From positions 12,472,698 through 12,536,697 of the forward strand of contig OZ037765.1 in the NCBI GenBank assembly GCA_964035545.1: a DNA stretch of 64,000 bases, read 5' to 3'. A program made the translations under genes and the position numbers. The DNA is from Bugula neritina (taxonomy: Eukaryota; Animalia; Bryozoa). Below are positions 26,301 through 38,713 of the stretch, piece after piece (positions within the stretch are counted from its first letter, which is position 1; each line of letters begins with the position of its first letter). The notes under the pieces are model-generated. The model ran no database searches and was not told the DNA's origin. It saw nothing but the letters and a program-made list of their open reading frames with translations.

Positions 26301-29153
26301 GCCTTCTTCAGTTCTCTTCGTTTGTCACACAGGTCAAGAATATCAGCTGTGACCTAGGGCTTTTTGACAGTTCGGTGTTTGCCAAAAATCTCACTGGCTG
26401 TTTCGGTCACAGCTGTGTTGAAGGTGTCGATCAACGTGTCCATATCTGTGTCACTGTCAGCATCAATGACAGTGAGAGGTGCAAACTTTCCTCCTATTGT
26501 GGCTTCGAAGTCTTCTGCTATCTCTGGGTCCTTCAGTTTCTCGAGGTCAAGCTTTATTCTCCTGTAACCTTGTTTTTTGACCCTCTTCGGATGGAGGCGG
26601 AAGGTCATCATCACGAGGTCATGGTCGCTTCCTACATCTGCTCCTGCTCCTGTTTTGCCAATATTGACACTGGATTGGAAGCACCTTTTTACCATGATGT
26701 AGTCTATCTGGTTGTGATAATCTTTATCTGGGCTGTGTCATGTCCATCTCCGGGATGCTTTGTGTTGGCCAAATGTGTTTGTTAGCATCAGATCATTGTA
26801 GTTGGCAAATTTCAGAAGCCTTAGGCCTCGTTTGATTCTGTGTTGCAGTGTTGTTCACATGTTCCTTTCCAGTTCTTGCAAGCATCTCTTCCTACCTTTG
26901 CATTCCAATCCTCCTGCACAACAACTATATCTTTCTTTGGGGGTCTGGTCTATTACTTCTTGTATCTGGTCATAGAAGCCATCCACAGCCTGGTCATCAT
27001 AGTCTGACGTTGGGGCCTATGCTTGTATGATGGTGGTGTTGAACGGGGCTGCCTTTAGGCGGATGGTAATAAGCTGTATATAACTATATATATGTATGCT
27101 ATTAAACCTAAATAACCAACATTTTCCTTTTTCTTATTTTCTTTTGAACCATTTGCTTTTGGCATAACTGTATTTTGAAATGCGGGTGAAAAGGCAGCAT
27201 TACTGTCAATTGATAATATATTATAGAAAATGAATACGTAAAAGCCATACAAGCAACTTCAAAATGTTGAAGGTTTTTTCTGTTAAAATTTTAACTGTAT
27301 ACTAGAGTGATCCATCTTTGACAACTTAACTCAATTAAATGGTTGCACATCGTTATATGTTATTGGGACAAGCACAAAATGTGTTTTGAAAAAAATTCTA
27401 TATGCTGTAAAAGTTGAATAAGTTTAAACGACCTAAATCGAAATTTCATAGTTAGCTAACCATTATAGATTCAATCTTAAAATTAGAGCGTATGTAGGGT
27501 ATTCTTAAACTACGTGATTTGTAACGATATATAGCCATTTGCAAATGGGTTGTGGCTGTGTAGCACCTATCTTCAAAAAAAGTATCAACTACAATTATTC
27601 TGAATTAATGAGATTATATGAGACATCTCCAATCTAATTAAAGGCTTACTTCCAAGTGCTGGGTGCTTCCGGCAGGTTCTGGGGTGGAGAATCTGAACTC
27701 AGGGGTCTAGATGTTTGATTCTTCATCTGCCGGTCTGCACTCTGAACCTACTTTAGTAATAATACTGGCGCAGATATGGCATTTGAATGGTTTCCTACTT
27801 GGATTGTCCACACTGTGCTTATAGCCGAGAGAGAACAACTCATCTATAGTTGGTGGATTTTAAAACCTACCAGCCAGCTGTGGCAGCAAAATGTAGCTTA
27901 ACTCACGGTTACCTACGCCAGTGGCAAAAGTCTCACCTATAATAGTACGTCTTGAGCCACTATCTAACATGTAAATTATTACCCTCATCAATTACTCTAC
28001 ACAGAAAATCTTCTGTTGACTCGTGGGCCCTGATACGAAGGTCTAAGAATTTTTTCATTTTAGTAGAGTGGCTATTATAATTGTTGAACTTGATGTCAAG
28101 AACATTGATGAGACCGGTAAAAGTAATACAGTTGTTATTGGCTCGGACTATGTTGGTATAACTTTTCTTAGCATCACCATAAAGACAAAGGCCTAAGAAC
28201 TTGACTTTGTGCTCTTCTGTGAGATTAAGAGCTTTTGCTCTGTGGCAAAAGTCAGTTTTAGTTTTATACCAGTTGTCTGAAATGTTACCAAAGTGGTGAA
28301 CAAATGCCCAGCTTTTGGGGCATCTACATAAATGGCACCAGTCACTACATGTGGCCATTGTGTGACAGAAAATGATATATGGGCTAATTATGTAGTTGGG
28401 TAAGAAATTTGTTTATATAGTTGCCTATGTATAGTTAATCGTTTTGCTTGCACAATACATAATATAACATTTTCACCCCATGTTTAAAAACAGACACGTC
28501 CTCGTGTCAATTTGTGCACGAATCAATAGTAAGAGAAAAAAACAAGCCACATATAATACGAATAGGAAAAAACGAACTATACAGGACAAATCTAACAAGA
28601 TATAACTTCTATGGTAGTCTCAACTAATAAAATACACAGATAGACTGGGAAACTGGAGCGGTGCACGAGAAAGAGTGGCACCTCCACCAAATGTTGTGGT
28701 TGGTTTTATGTAAATTTGGAGTATCGTAAACTCACCGAATAATATATAGGTTGTAGCTTTTGCTTGAGCTTTGGGTCGATGCGCAGTTACGAGTTAATGG
28801 CTTGGCTGCAAGCTAACTCCAGCTCCCGTCTGTCCGTGGGGTGAAGTTCAGAATCCGGGTTAGAGTAGTTGGCTGGTGGTGCTCCTCAGTCTATGATCCT
28901 GGGGTAGCACTCACTAATGTACTTCAACACATTCTAATTGGGTCGCATGCATTCTGTACAAATATCCTCAATCGTTCCTCTATCAGTCTACAATTCCTCG
29001 ATTCTACCATTTACACTAGTCTTTATAGTTACAACACTCACACAAGCCACACTCACACTATATCAAATATTTATGTCAAACTCTGAGTTGTGCACCCCAC
29101 ACACAAGCAACAACAAGAGAAGACAACTACACACACCTATAAATCCCAATACA
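23355..29153 (-). mobile_element. Non-autonomous/degenerate LTR element B inserted in the 3' LTR of A
   Basis: LTR 28692-29153 (TGTTGT...AATACA) and a truncated copy at 23355-~23640; TSD TCAG (23351-23354, 29154-29157); PBS TGGTGGAGGTGC (tRNA-Ala type, 28678-28689); gag-like ORF 27960-28358; no pol seen. Confidence 0.88.
24433..27074 (-). mobile_element. 5'-truncated RTE (BovB-like) LINE, frameshifted, inside element B
   Basis: APE (GADVGSDHDLV), RT (NYRTISLISH, EEQAGFR, VGVRQG, RFADD) and C-terminal QGTVQGGRRRGRQRKRW, spread across ORFs 24454-26695. Confidence 0.92.
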
Positions 29154-29200
29154 TCAGGAATCAAAAATCACAAAAACTAACTAACTTTTGGCAAACTCTA

Positions 29201-32200
29201 TGATGATGATGATGAACTCTTTATTTGATAAAATAGTACACGAAAAAAGAGAAAATACCTGTATTAGTAAGCAAAGATGAAAGGTTAATGTTTCCGAATG
29301 TATAAAAATGCAATCTATAGTATAATTGCTTTCTGTACAACAGTTATCACAAATATTATAAGGTACATAAAATATTATAAAATACAGTAGGATACTTGAA
29401 AAGGCAGATCATATTGAGTATAAAGATTGTATTGAGTATTAGAATGGTAATTATTTGAGATTTTTTTTCAAAAGAGTTATGTCAGTGGTTGTGCTGCGTA
29501 TTATCTGAAGTTGAGGTCTGCGGCACTAGTCTCCAATTCATAAACAGACGGCCCTAGTCGCCGCAATACCAAACCTCAAGCACCAGTTTGTAACTTCAAG
29601 CTATAGCGTTGCCAGTTACGCCCCAGTGGAGGTATAGCCTTGTTATAGCCTGGCCTTGGCGGTAATTAGAACATCAGCCTTCTAGTGAGATTCAGGAATA
29701 AAGTGACTGATTCCCAGTTGTATGTGGAGGGGTTAGTACGAGCTCTGGCGGTATCATAGTCCGCACACAAGTACATGTAGTGATATGTTGTTTCTTCTTC
29801 TATTAAACAGGTACATACTGGGACGTATGTAAGGTTTATCCTGTATTGGAAGGAAAAACGCCTGCTATGACCAGTATGAAGGTCACATCCTTTCTCCTGT
29901 TGTTCAATGGTAGTGGTTGGTGGAACAAATGTTCCGGTTCCAGAACAGGGAGTATGCCATATGAGCACATTCCATTTGCGAGCTGTGAATTCCATGGGTG
30001 TGTCCAGTCATTCTGTTTACAGTTAGCAATCTTGTGCCTTGTAAGATCTACTGGTTGTAGATCTGTTAACTTAGCTGTCCGGTGGACCAGTTTCTTTATG
30101 TCTGACATGAACTTTAGGGTAAGTGCGCTTCAAGGTGTGTCCGAGAGCATGGATATGTTATCAGTTTTGACCAATCCTCTGATTAGTTGCAATCTTTCTT
30201 TGGTGTATACAAGGTTTACTGGTGGGATGCTTGCCAACAAGTGTAGTGATTCGATGGAAGAGTTGTAGTGAGCTCAGAGTAGCAGTTTGACATAAGTGTG
30301 CAGGGAGATCTTGGTCTTGTAGTCCCATAGAGAGGCGCCGTAGAGAGCTTTTTGCAAGATCACTTGTGTAAGAATTTTTTTGAGGTGCCTGAGCTAAGCC
30401 TAGCGTAAATCAACGGTTTCAGCATATTCATACGTTGAGTGAGACATTTAGTACTCATGCTGTACTGTTTTTCGAAGGTTAGATGGTCATCAACAGTTAT
30501 ACCAAAAACCTTGAAGGAGGTAGAAATTTTTATGGTGTTAGCATTTATAATTGGGGGTGTGATATCTTTATTGAATACCACAATTTCTGTTTTCTGGCAG
30601 TTGATGAGTAGGTTCCATCGATCCATCCAGGTTTGCATCTGTTGGCAGATCTCAATTTTCATCTGTAGTTCTGAAGAGTCTTTTCCAGTCATCAACACAT
30701 GGCAGTCATCGGCATATTGTAATCCTCTACCATCTATGTTTGACAGCATGTCTCTGATGTATATGATAAGGAGACGTGGAGATAGCACACTCCCTTGTGG
30801 GAGGCCTATCTGACGTTTTGTTGCTGGGTGGATGTGGTTGTTGATTTTAAGGCTGATTTCTCTCTTGGTGAGAAAGGAGTCAATAACATGGAGGTAGTTA
30901 CCTTCCAGTTCTACTTCTTGCAGGCGGTAAATCATGTGTTGGTGATTGACTGTGTCAAAGGCCTTTTGCAGGTCTAAGAGCAATGCAGCCGTACATAGTT
31001 TGCTTTCAATGTAGTGTGTGGTTTCAGTCAGAAAGTCGAGTAAATACATCAATGTGCTTCTTCCCTGTCTGAATCCAAATTGTGTGTTTAATATAAGTGA
31101 CCAAGTTTCAAACAGTGATCTGAGACGTTCCATTATTCTCTCTAGCGTTTTTCCAACAGGAAAGCTTATTGTGAGAGGTCTGTATGAGCTGACATTTTTG
31201 TAGTCTTTCTTCCCGAGTTTCCTTAGGAAAATGACCAGGTTTGATGAATTCCATGGCCATTGATGAGTAGAGAGAATCTTGTTGAATAAGCAATGCAGAG
31301 CAATCAGAAGGAAGTTCTTTCTCTGTTTCAGCATTTTTGGATGGATACCATTGAAGTCACTGCTTTTTCCTGAGCATTTTAGTTTGGCGAATGCTTGCGT
31401 TCTCTCTTAGATTGTGACGGGTTGACTCAGCTGTTGAATCTGGCTGTTGATAGGTATGGCAGACTTTTGGGTCATTTTTGGTGATGTTGAAGGACAATAG
31501 TTACTTGATCCCCCAAATATTCGGTTGAACATGTGTTCTACTTTGTTTACGTCATCTTCAATGATCTCCCCATTTGCACTGACAAGATCTCCTATTAGGT
31601 TCTCTCCCTTGTTATAGAATAGCGATTTGAAGTCCTTCCAAAAGATTTCTCTATTGTGGTCATTGAGTTTTTTTGATTTCGGCTCAAGGTATCTTTGCTG
31701 AGCTGCAGCTAGCATCGCTTTGAATTGTGCTTTAATATAGTCTAATTTATCTTCATTTACGTAAGAAGATCGATAATTGAGCTGTCTCCTTGCCTCTCTG
31801 AGCCATGTTGACAGCTCAGAAAGTTCATTGTTCTAGTAAGGTTTATCATGGGCATTAGAAACTGCCATTGAAACATAGAGCTCTTTACACTTGAGTAATA
31901 TCCTCTGGAGAGTCTTCTAGATGTTGTCAGGATCTGATGACGTACAGAAGTCTGGCATGTGCTGTTCACACATGGTTTCCACTGTGTAACTTAACGAGTA
32001 CCAGTCAGCTTCGTTCCATCTAAAGTACTTCATAGCCATGTCTGTGGACTTTTGTCTGTCAGGCGTCAGGATTATTGGCACATGTCTTCTATGAGGAGCG
32101 CCTGTGAAAAGTTCAACTGTAAATTGATTCTTGCAATGCCTGGCTATATTTTCGGTAGCAACAAATAAAACAATGTAGCTTTAGCCATTGTCACACATGA

Positions 32201-33063
32201 ATGTGGGTTTGCCGTGTTTGTAGGCAACCTCCATGTTTAATCTTTGTATGAAGTCAAGCAGGGTGATACCAGCACGGTTTTGTTTATGGTCTCCCCATGA
32301 TTATGACAAACATTGAGATCACCAAGTAACATGAGACCATCCACTTTCATGGATGGCATGTGGTTTATGATATTCTGTGTGGCTGTTAGAATGTCCTGCA
32401 GTTTATCACTCTCATTAGGCGAAGCATACAAAAAACAAATGAAGTAGTGAAGGCTTGCGACTCGGCAGATAGTGACTATCATGTCTGCATTTAATTGCTC
32501 CAGTTGTGAGTATCTGGTAATATGAATGTTTAGCGCTGGATTGGGTCTAAGAATTCATTTCTTGTTTGGTAGACTACCATGTGGGAGTTCAGCTACTTTA
32601 GTTTCTGAAGGGCACATTATGTCTAAATCTCTACTCCAGATATATCTTTCAAGGGCGGTTATAGTGTTGTTTGACATGCCATTAATGTTCAGTTGACACA
32701 CACTAGTCGCCATTTTGAAGCTTTTGGTGTCATTGAGTGATTTTAGCTAGTCTTCTACTGAACTCGCTGCATTTGTTTCTTTGATCCAAGCTGTGGTTGC
32801 CTTTGCAGTTTCTACAAGTAGGTTGTTTAGCGCATATTAAATGAGAGCTGATATTGATGCCTTCCCCACAGTGTGGGCAGGCTTTCTCACTTTTGCATTG
32901 TGTTGATGAGTGTCCAAAACGCCAGCAATTTGTACAGTGCCTCACATGAGGCCTCCATTTCAGGGCCTCGACTTGAACATATTGGCTCTGACTGGCTAAT
33001 TTTATACCTCCCTCAATTGCTTTTGTTAGGTCTTCTGGAGACTTGCAGAAGATCTTCACATCA
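29201..33063 (-). mobile_element. 5'-truncated I/Jockey-group LINE inserted in the 3' LTR of A
   Basis: 10-bp TSD GCAAACTCTA (29191-29200, 33064-33073); (TCA)n tail; ORF1 with CCHC knuckles (32730-33059); APE (GDLN), RT (GLPQGSVLSP, YADD) and C-terminal CxC...H...C; many lesions. Confidence 0.9.
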
Positions 33064-36000
33064 GCAAACTCTAGTTAAAACAAAAACTTCAAATCAAAAC
33101 TCTGGTAGTTCATCTTAAACAAACCCAAAAGAAATTGAAAAATTAGTCTGACACAACCACAAAAAAACTAAATTTATTAAAACTTTTCATCTAAAAAAGA
33201 CATCATGAATATTATTGCAATTAAAATGAACTTGCTTTTATTTTCTTAACTAACACAACCAGCAATTTTTTCTCGTTGTTTTTATTTTTGAGTTGTCTAT
33301 GTTTGCTTCATTGCTCCCTCCACAAAAACTTCGTCTTCGAAGTCGCACAGCAGTTTATCCATTTGATAACTGCAAAATTGAACAGGGGGATGTTTGATTT
33401 GATCTGACCTCAACATTTCATTATCTGGGATGCTTTGTTTCAGGGGAGTTTGTCTTTTCATTACAGATGGTGTAAGTGGCACTGGTTCCGAATCTGGCAT
33501 CACTAATGAGCCTGGGGGTGCAATAACTGCAAAGTCATCAGCATCGTAGTAAGAGAAGCATAATCTGTTCGCACTATAAAAAGTCTGCCGTACAGCTGAG
33601 GTTTGAAGTGTGCGATGTTTTTAATTATAGCGATCAACTCCTGTCTGGTCACACAATAGTTTTGTTGTTCGGCCGACATTTTTGAGTAATAGGAGATTAC
33701 ACATTCTTGTCCATCCTGCACTTGAGAGGACTCCTCTGATACCAACAGCACTCGCATCAGTGTTCAAAATGAAAGGTAAAGAGTAATCAGGGTACGCTAA
33801 GATAGGTGCTGTAGATAAGTGCTTGCGTAGCAGATCAAACGCCTGCTGTGTGCTGACACTCAGGGGTCCAGTTGAATTGAAATTTTCTTAAACTAACTTC
33901 GCTGAGAAGTCTACTAATTTCAAAGAATATTTTAATAAATCTCTGGTAATAACTGCAGATTCCTATGAAAGACCTGACATCTTTTTTGTGCTGAGTGCGA
34001 GGCCAACTCTTAATGGCCTGTATATTTTCATCCGTTTCAATTCTCTGACTACTGACTGTGTGTCTTAGGTACTTTACCCTCTCAGCAAATGAGGTGCATT
34101 TCTCCGGAATCAATTTTAAGTTGGCTGTTCGGAGCTGGTTAAATACTTCTTCTAATCGGTGAATATGTGTATCCATATCTGGAGTAAAAACAATGATATC
34201 GTCTAAATAGGCTATATTAAAAGATTTTTTCAATGAAGTCCTTTAAGGGCGGTCTCTATTAACTGCTCAAATATGGAGGGTACTGATGTGAGGCCAAAAG
34301 GCAAAACCTCCCATTTGTAGAGATCAGATCGAGTTGCAAACGCTGCCTTTTTCTTGGCATCGGCATTTAGTTGTACCTGCCAATAACCACAGTATTTTTT
34401 CTAAGCGTATCTAAGCTATCATTAATGCGTGGTAGTATGTACGCATCCTTTGAAGTTACTTCATTTAACTTGCAAGAGTCTACACAGAATTGCCTAGTGT
34501 TATCTCTTTTCTTGACTAAAATTAGGGGGGAACTCCACGCACCGTTTCCTTTGGAGATAAGACCTTGTGCTTGTAATTCCTTTACTTGTCGTTCTATTTT
34601 CTCCTCTTGAGCGTGACCATGTCTATAGGTGTGCTGTTTTATTGGTCTAGCACCATCAACAAGTAAAATCTTGTGCCGAGCAAGATTCTTACGGCCCAGA
34701 TCATATTTATCCATGCTGAATATATATTGGTGTTTTTGTAAGAGGAGTTTGGTTTTTTGTTTTTCTCTGTAGTTCAAGTTAGCATTCTGGAGAAGCTTTT
34801 CCAATTGTAGGAGAAGTGTCTGGTGGTCAAAGGAGTTGGTACCAACATCATCAATAACTTGAGCTTGGCTACAAGTCGTGATTGTTTTCCCTTGTGGAAG
34901 TTCTAGTGTATCAGAAGAGATATTGCAAGCCCATGCCCAAATATGATTATCTTTGGGCTGATAAATGGAGGCTGCAATTATTTTTTGTTCGGTCTATTTG
35001 CTTCTATATAAGCTTTTTGAGGGGTCCAGTGTTGGTTAATACAGGCCGGGATCATCACCTCTGAGTATGGGAGTATTTCTACATACTGCGCTAAATGAAC
35101 ATTAACGTATTGGCTCACCGTATGCATCGCAACAGTTGTGACTCGCACCAGAGTGAGTAAAGCATGCCCTTTGAAGTCCAAGTGACAGTTATGTTAAATA
35201 AAAAATCTAATCCTAATAAAATATGTTGCTCTAAATTAGCTACTGAGAACGATTGAGTATAAGCTTTGCTTTCTATGCGGAGAGTAAATGTGGTGTTGCC
35301 TTCGATAGGTAGTCGGTTGCTGTCGGCGAGTACACCCCTTGCAGTAGTTGGCACGAGGGGGAAGCCCAACTCCGGTTTAGTTATTGCTATAGTTGGGTTA
35401 GCATAATTGATTTCAAACATCCGCTGTCCAGTAAAAGAATTACATCTGCATAGTCGATTTGTCTAGTGAAATAGTAAGCTGTGGCGTTCATGCCAGCTTG
35501 TTTAGCGCCCAAGGGAATTAGTTGTTGGAGCCCGGAGTTGTATGGGACTTCTAACGCCGCGATGGGCCAGTTCTCGGCTTATGTGTATAAGGTCAGTCTC
35601 TGGCAAGATGTTCTACTTGCTGACATCTCCAGCATTGTCTACTCTCTGTTCGGCGTGAAAAATTTCTGTGCGGTTGTTGGCAAGCTGATGGATAGATTCT
35701 TCTCTCATGTCCTGAAGGTAGACTCTCCTCTCAGGCGATCATAGCTGGTGTGGGAGGTTGGCGCACTTCTCGTACTAGGGTGAGTACCTCCTTCAGCACT
35801 TCTTGTTGTTGCTGTTGTATCTCAAAGTTTTATAATGATATAGTTTGTGCCAAGTTAGGAGTTAATTCTACTGCTTCATAGTTTAAAAAAATAAGGTTTG
35901 TCTTGCTGTTAGTAAATGCCTCATATGTTTCTTTGTAGTCGGGGGTTTGACTCGTAGTGCCCACATAGCAGGGTGATTGGCTGGTATCTGTGTCAACAGC

Positions 36001-37509
36001 TCCTTGATAGCCATCGCCTCCAACTCATCATCACCCAAATTAGAATGGGCAATAGGCAATATCATCCGTAATTTGCTAATAAACGTATTTATAATTTCTA
36101 GTTTAAATTTCATTTTCTTGAGCATAAGGTAAACTTGACTTTCTCTCAAGCCGTATCTGTGCAACAGCTAATTTCTTATTTCTGCATCATGGTCAGACAC
36201 TACGCATTTAGCAGCTTCACCATGTAATGCTGATCTTAGCCGAAGCCCTTTTTCATTCGCTTCCCAAATGTTGTGTGCAGCTGTGCTGTCAAATTGACGT
36301 AGAAAGGTTTCTACATCCGTAGTGCCATCATAAGTTGGGGCTGGTAGTGGTTGCTTCTTGGGCTGTCTAATGTGAAGCATTTGGGCTCGGAGTAGCTGCA
36401 CCAATTGTTCATTTACTTCACCTGTGTTATTGCAATCTGTAGTGTCTAGTCTTTGTTGTGGAGGGTACATCTCCTGCTGTAGCCATCTTTGTGAAATTAA
36501 AGTTCGTCTAGTAATAATAGATCAATCTCACCGCTGCCACCAGTGAAAAGTCCAGTATCTTTAGTTATGTTTCAACTTATTAATGCTTATTTATCTGCTG
36601 CAATTCTTTTTTCGAGTGTGCAATTACCCAAATAAAGTAATTATTTTGATGTATTTTATTTAAACACACACAAGAAACTTTCTCAGAAATCAAAAATCAA
36701 ACAAACTAACTTTTAGCAAAACTCTTTGTAAAAACAAAAACTTCAAAACGGAACTCCAGTAGTTAATCTAAAACAAACGCAAAACAAATTGAAAAATTAG
36801 TCCGACACAGCAACGAAAAAACTAAATTAATCAAAACTTTCTATCTAAAAAAGACATGTCATGAATATTATTGCAATTAAAATAAACTTGCTTTTATTTT
36901 CTTAGCTAACACAACCAGCGATGTTTTTCGTTGTTTTTATTTTGGAGTTGTCTACGTCACTTCAAGACTTACTAAGAGTAAATGTTACTGTTAGTGTAAA
37001 ACTTACTCTAACTTACTATCTAACTCTTAGACTTGGAGTTAACAACTACAAGTACAATTTAGATTTATGTGATAATGATATAATAATTATAATCATAATT
37101 GTGGGCTGTAAGTATGCCGATGCCGTTAGCGGCGCAGCAAGATAGAGTGCTTAGGTACACAGCAGGGGTCAAGGACTTCTCCTCGTGCTGCGCTGCGAGA
37201 TAAAAGCCTCTATCAATCGTGTGACAGTGTTGGACTGAGAACGTTTATATCTATTAGAGAGTTTAGCAAATTCAAGTTTCTGGTCATTGTATTCTGGGCG
37301 AATACGGTGATTTGCTGGGCAGATCACGGGTGGAGATTGGGGTGACTAAGGGGTGGTTTGGAGGTCACGGTGACAGCTTGGGGCTGTCGATATATTATTA
37401 TTCGTATTATTATTATAATTATTATTATAATCATTATTATAAGTTACTGCTAGTCTCCGTTATTTGTTTTGAGTTTGACTCTCATATTAATTTGCACTTG
37501 CAGGTAACA

Positions 37510-37521
37510 AGCTATTTCGGC
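37510..37521 (+). promoter_or_regulatory. Atypical primer-binding site (AGCTATTTCGGC)
   Basis: Directly abuts the 5' LTR and lacks TGG. It is the exact reverse complement of GCCGAAATAGCT, nt 1-12 of the conserved animal tRNA-Phe(GAA) as I recall it. Confidence 0.6.
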
Positions 37522-37708
37522 AGCATTATCATTATTATTGCTATTATTACTATTATTACTATTATTACTTTATGGTTAGTAACAACGTGATATAATCATA
37601 ATATTACTGCTGTTTCTTACTACTACTTAAACGTAGTTAGTAAGCTTGTGCATTCTGGTTCTCAGTCAAATAGTTTATTACTCATACTTGTTGACTGTGG
37701 AGAACGGA

Positions 37709-38713
37709 ATGTCACGGGAAGGAGAGAAAATTGAAGGCAAGGACTCTCCTGGGGAGAGTTCGGCAGTTGGTGGCGCTTCCGACCTTGGCGGGCCATCATC
37801 TGCGGGCACTGGGCTTGCAGCTCCAGTTCTGTTGGATGCGAGGGTCTTGGCTAGCATCCTCAATCAGGCAAAGGGCCCGATTCTGTCGAGAATTCGACAA
37901 GCCACGCCCCAGTTTACTGGCGATGGCAGTGTAGATGTCACTGCGTGGATCAGGGAGTTTGAGGGACTCTGCGAGGTAGAACAGATTGCCCCAACGGAAA
38001 TCCTCATCTACATGTTGGGTGGCAATGCTGCTCGTGTCTACAGCAGGATGCGTGTGGCCGAAGCATCCCAATGGGATGTAGTAAAAGCGGCCTTGGTGGC
38101 CGAGTACGCCATGCCTATGCAGGAAGCATGGCGTAGGTTCACTACCTGCCGCATGGAAGACGGGGACACGATTGACGTGTACCTGGACCGCTTGGAGCGG
38201 TTCGGTGGGCGAGTCGGCATGACCTGCAACGATCTGAGTTTTCGAGCTCAGTTTTATGAAGGCTTGCCGGCCTCTGTCTACGAGTGGGCAGTAACCCTCG
38301 AAAGTGCCTACAAGGCCGACTTTGGGTCAGTTTTGGCACGTGTGCGAGAAAGAGTGGTCTCGCGCAGGGCTGTTGCACGCCGTTCTAGATCTGGGCAACA
38401 GTCGGGGGAAGTCGCTGCTGCTTCTGGAAGAGCGCAGCAGCAGTCAGGTGCCAGTTCCTGCTATCGGTGTGGCGGTGCACACCGGGTAAAGGATTGCACC
38501 GAGAGCAGGCGGGCTTCTTTCAACAAGCGGCCCGTGAGAAACTCTTCTGGGAAGAGAGCTGGATGCTTCCGGTGCGGAGGCATCGACCACTGGGTTCGGG
38601 ACTGCCCGAAACCGCCTGCAGTAGCTGCAGGGCTGGAAGGTAACCAGCCGGGTTTTCAGGCGGAGGATGCAACTCGGGGCGCCGCATCCTCCAGCATGGA
38701 TACCACAGTTTAG
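37709..38713 (+). CDS. gag: Gag (334 aa) with two zinc knuckles
   Basis: ATG at 37709; FTGDG..W...FE capsid-like motif; CYRCGGAHRVKDC and CFRCGGIDHWVRDC. Confidence 0.93.
   Translation: MSREGEKIEGKDSPGESSAVGGASDLGGPSSAGTGLAAPVLLDARVLASILNQAKGPILSRIRQATPQFTGDGSVDVTAWIREFEGLCEVEQIAPTEILIYMLGGNAARVYSRMRVAEASQWDVVKAALVAEYAMPMQEAWRRFTTCRMEDGDTIDVYLDRLERFGGRVGMTCNDLSFRAQFYEGLPASVYEWAVTLESAYKADFGSVLARVRERVVSRRAVARRSRSGQQSGEVAAASGRAQQQSGASSCYRCGGAHRVKDCTESRRASFNKRPVRNSSGKRAGCFRCGGIDHWVRDCPKPPAVAAGLEGNQPGFQAEDATRGAASSSMDTTV

Larger units (their letters stand above)
23210..36964 (-). mobile_element. Degenerate Gypsy LTR retrotransposon A (outer element of the nest)
   Basis: 5' LTR 36544-36964 (TGAA...TTCA). 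3' LTR split into 23210-23354, 29154-29200 and 33064-33310. TSD AGAC (23206-23209, 36965-36968). PBS TGGTGGCAGCGGTGAG (tRNA-Leu type, 36527-36542); PPT 33311-33323. Broken gag/PR/RT (YLDD)/RNase H ORFs at 33503-36470; the integrase core appears deleted. Confidence 0.92.

Noticed and set aside
19020-26785. Plus-strand ORFs over the LINEs (e.g. 19020-19349, 21829-22335, 24887-25249, 25971-26357)
   Set aside because: Antisense shadows of retroelement coding frames, with no motifs of their own.
37312-37590. Tyr/Ile-rich ORF in the LTRs (also 42205-42426) as an env-like or membrane peptide
   Set aside because: Arises from (TAT)n low-complexity sequence, starts at TTG, and crosses the LTR boundary.
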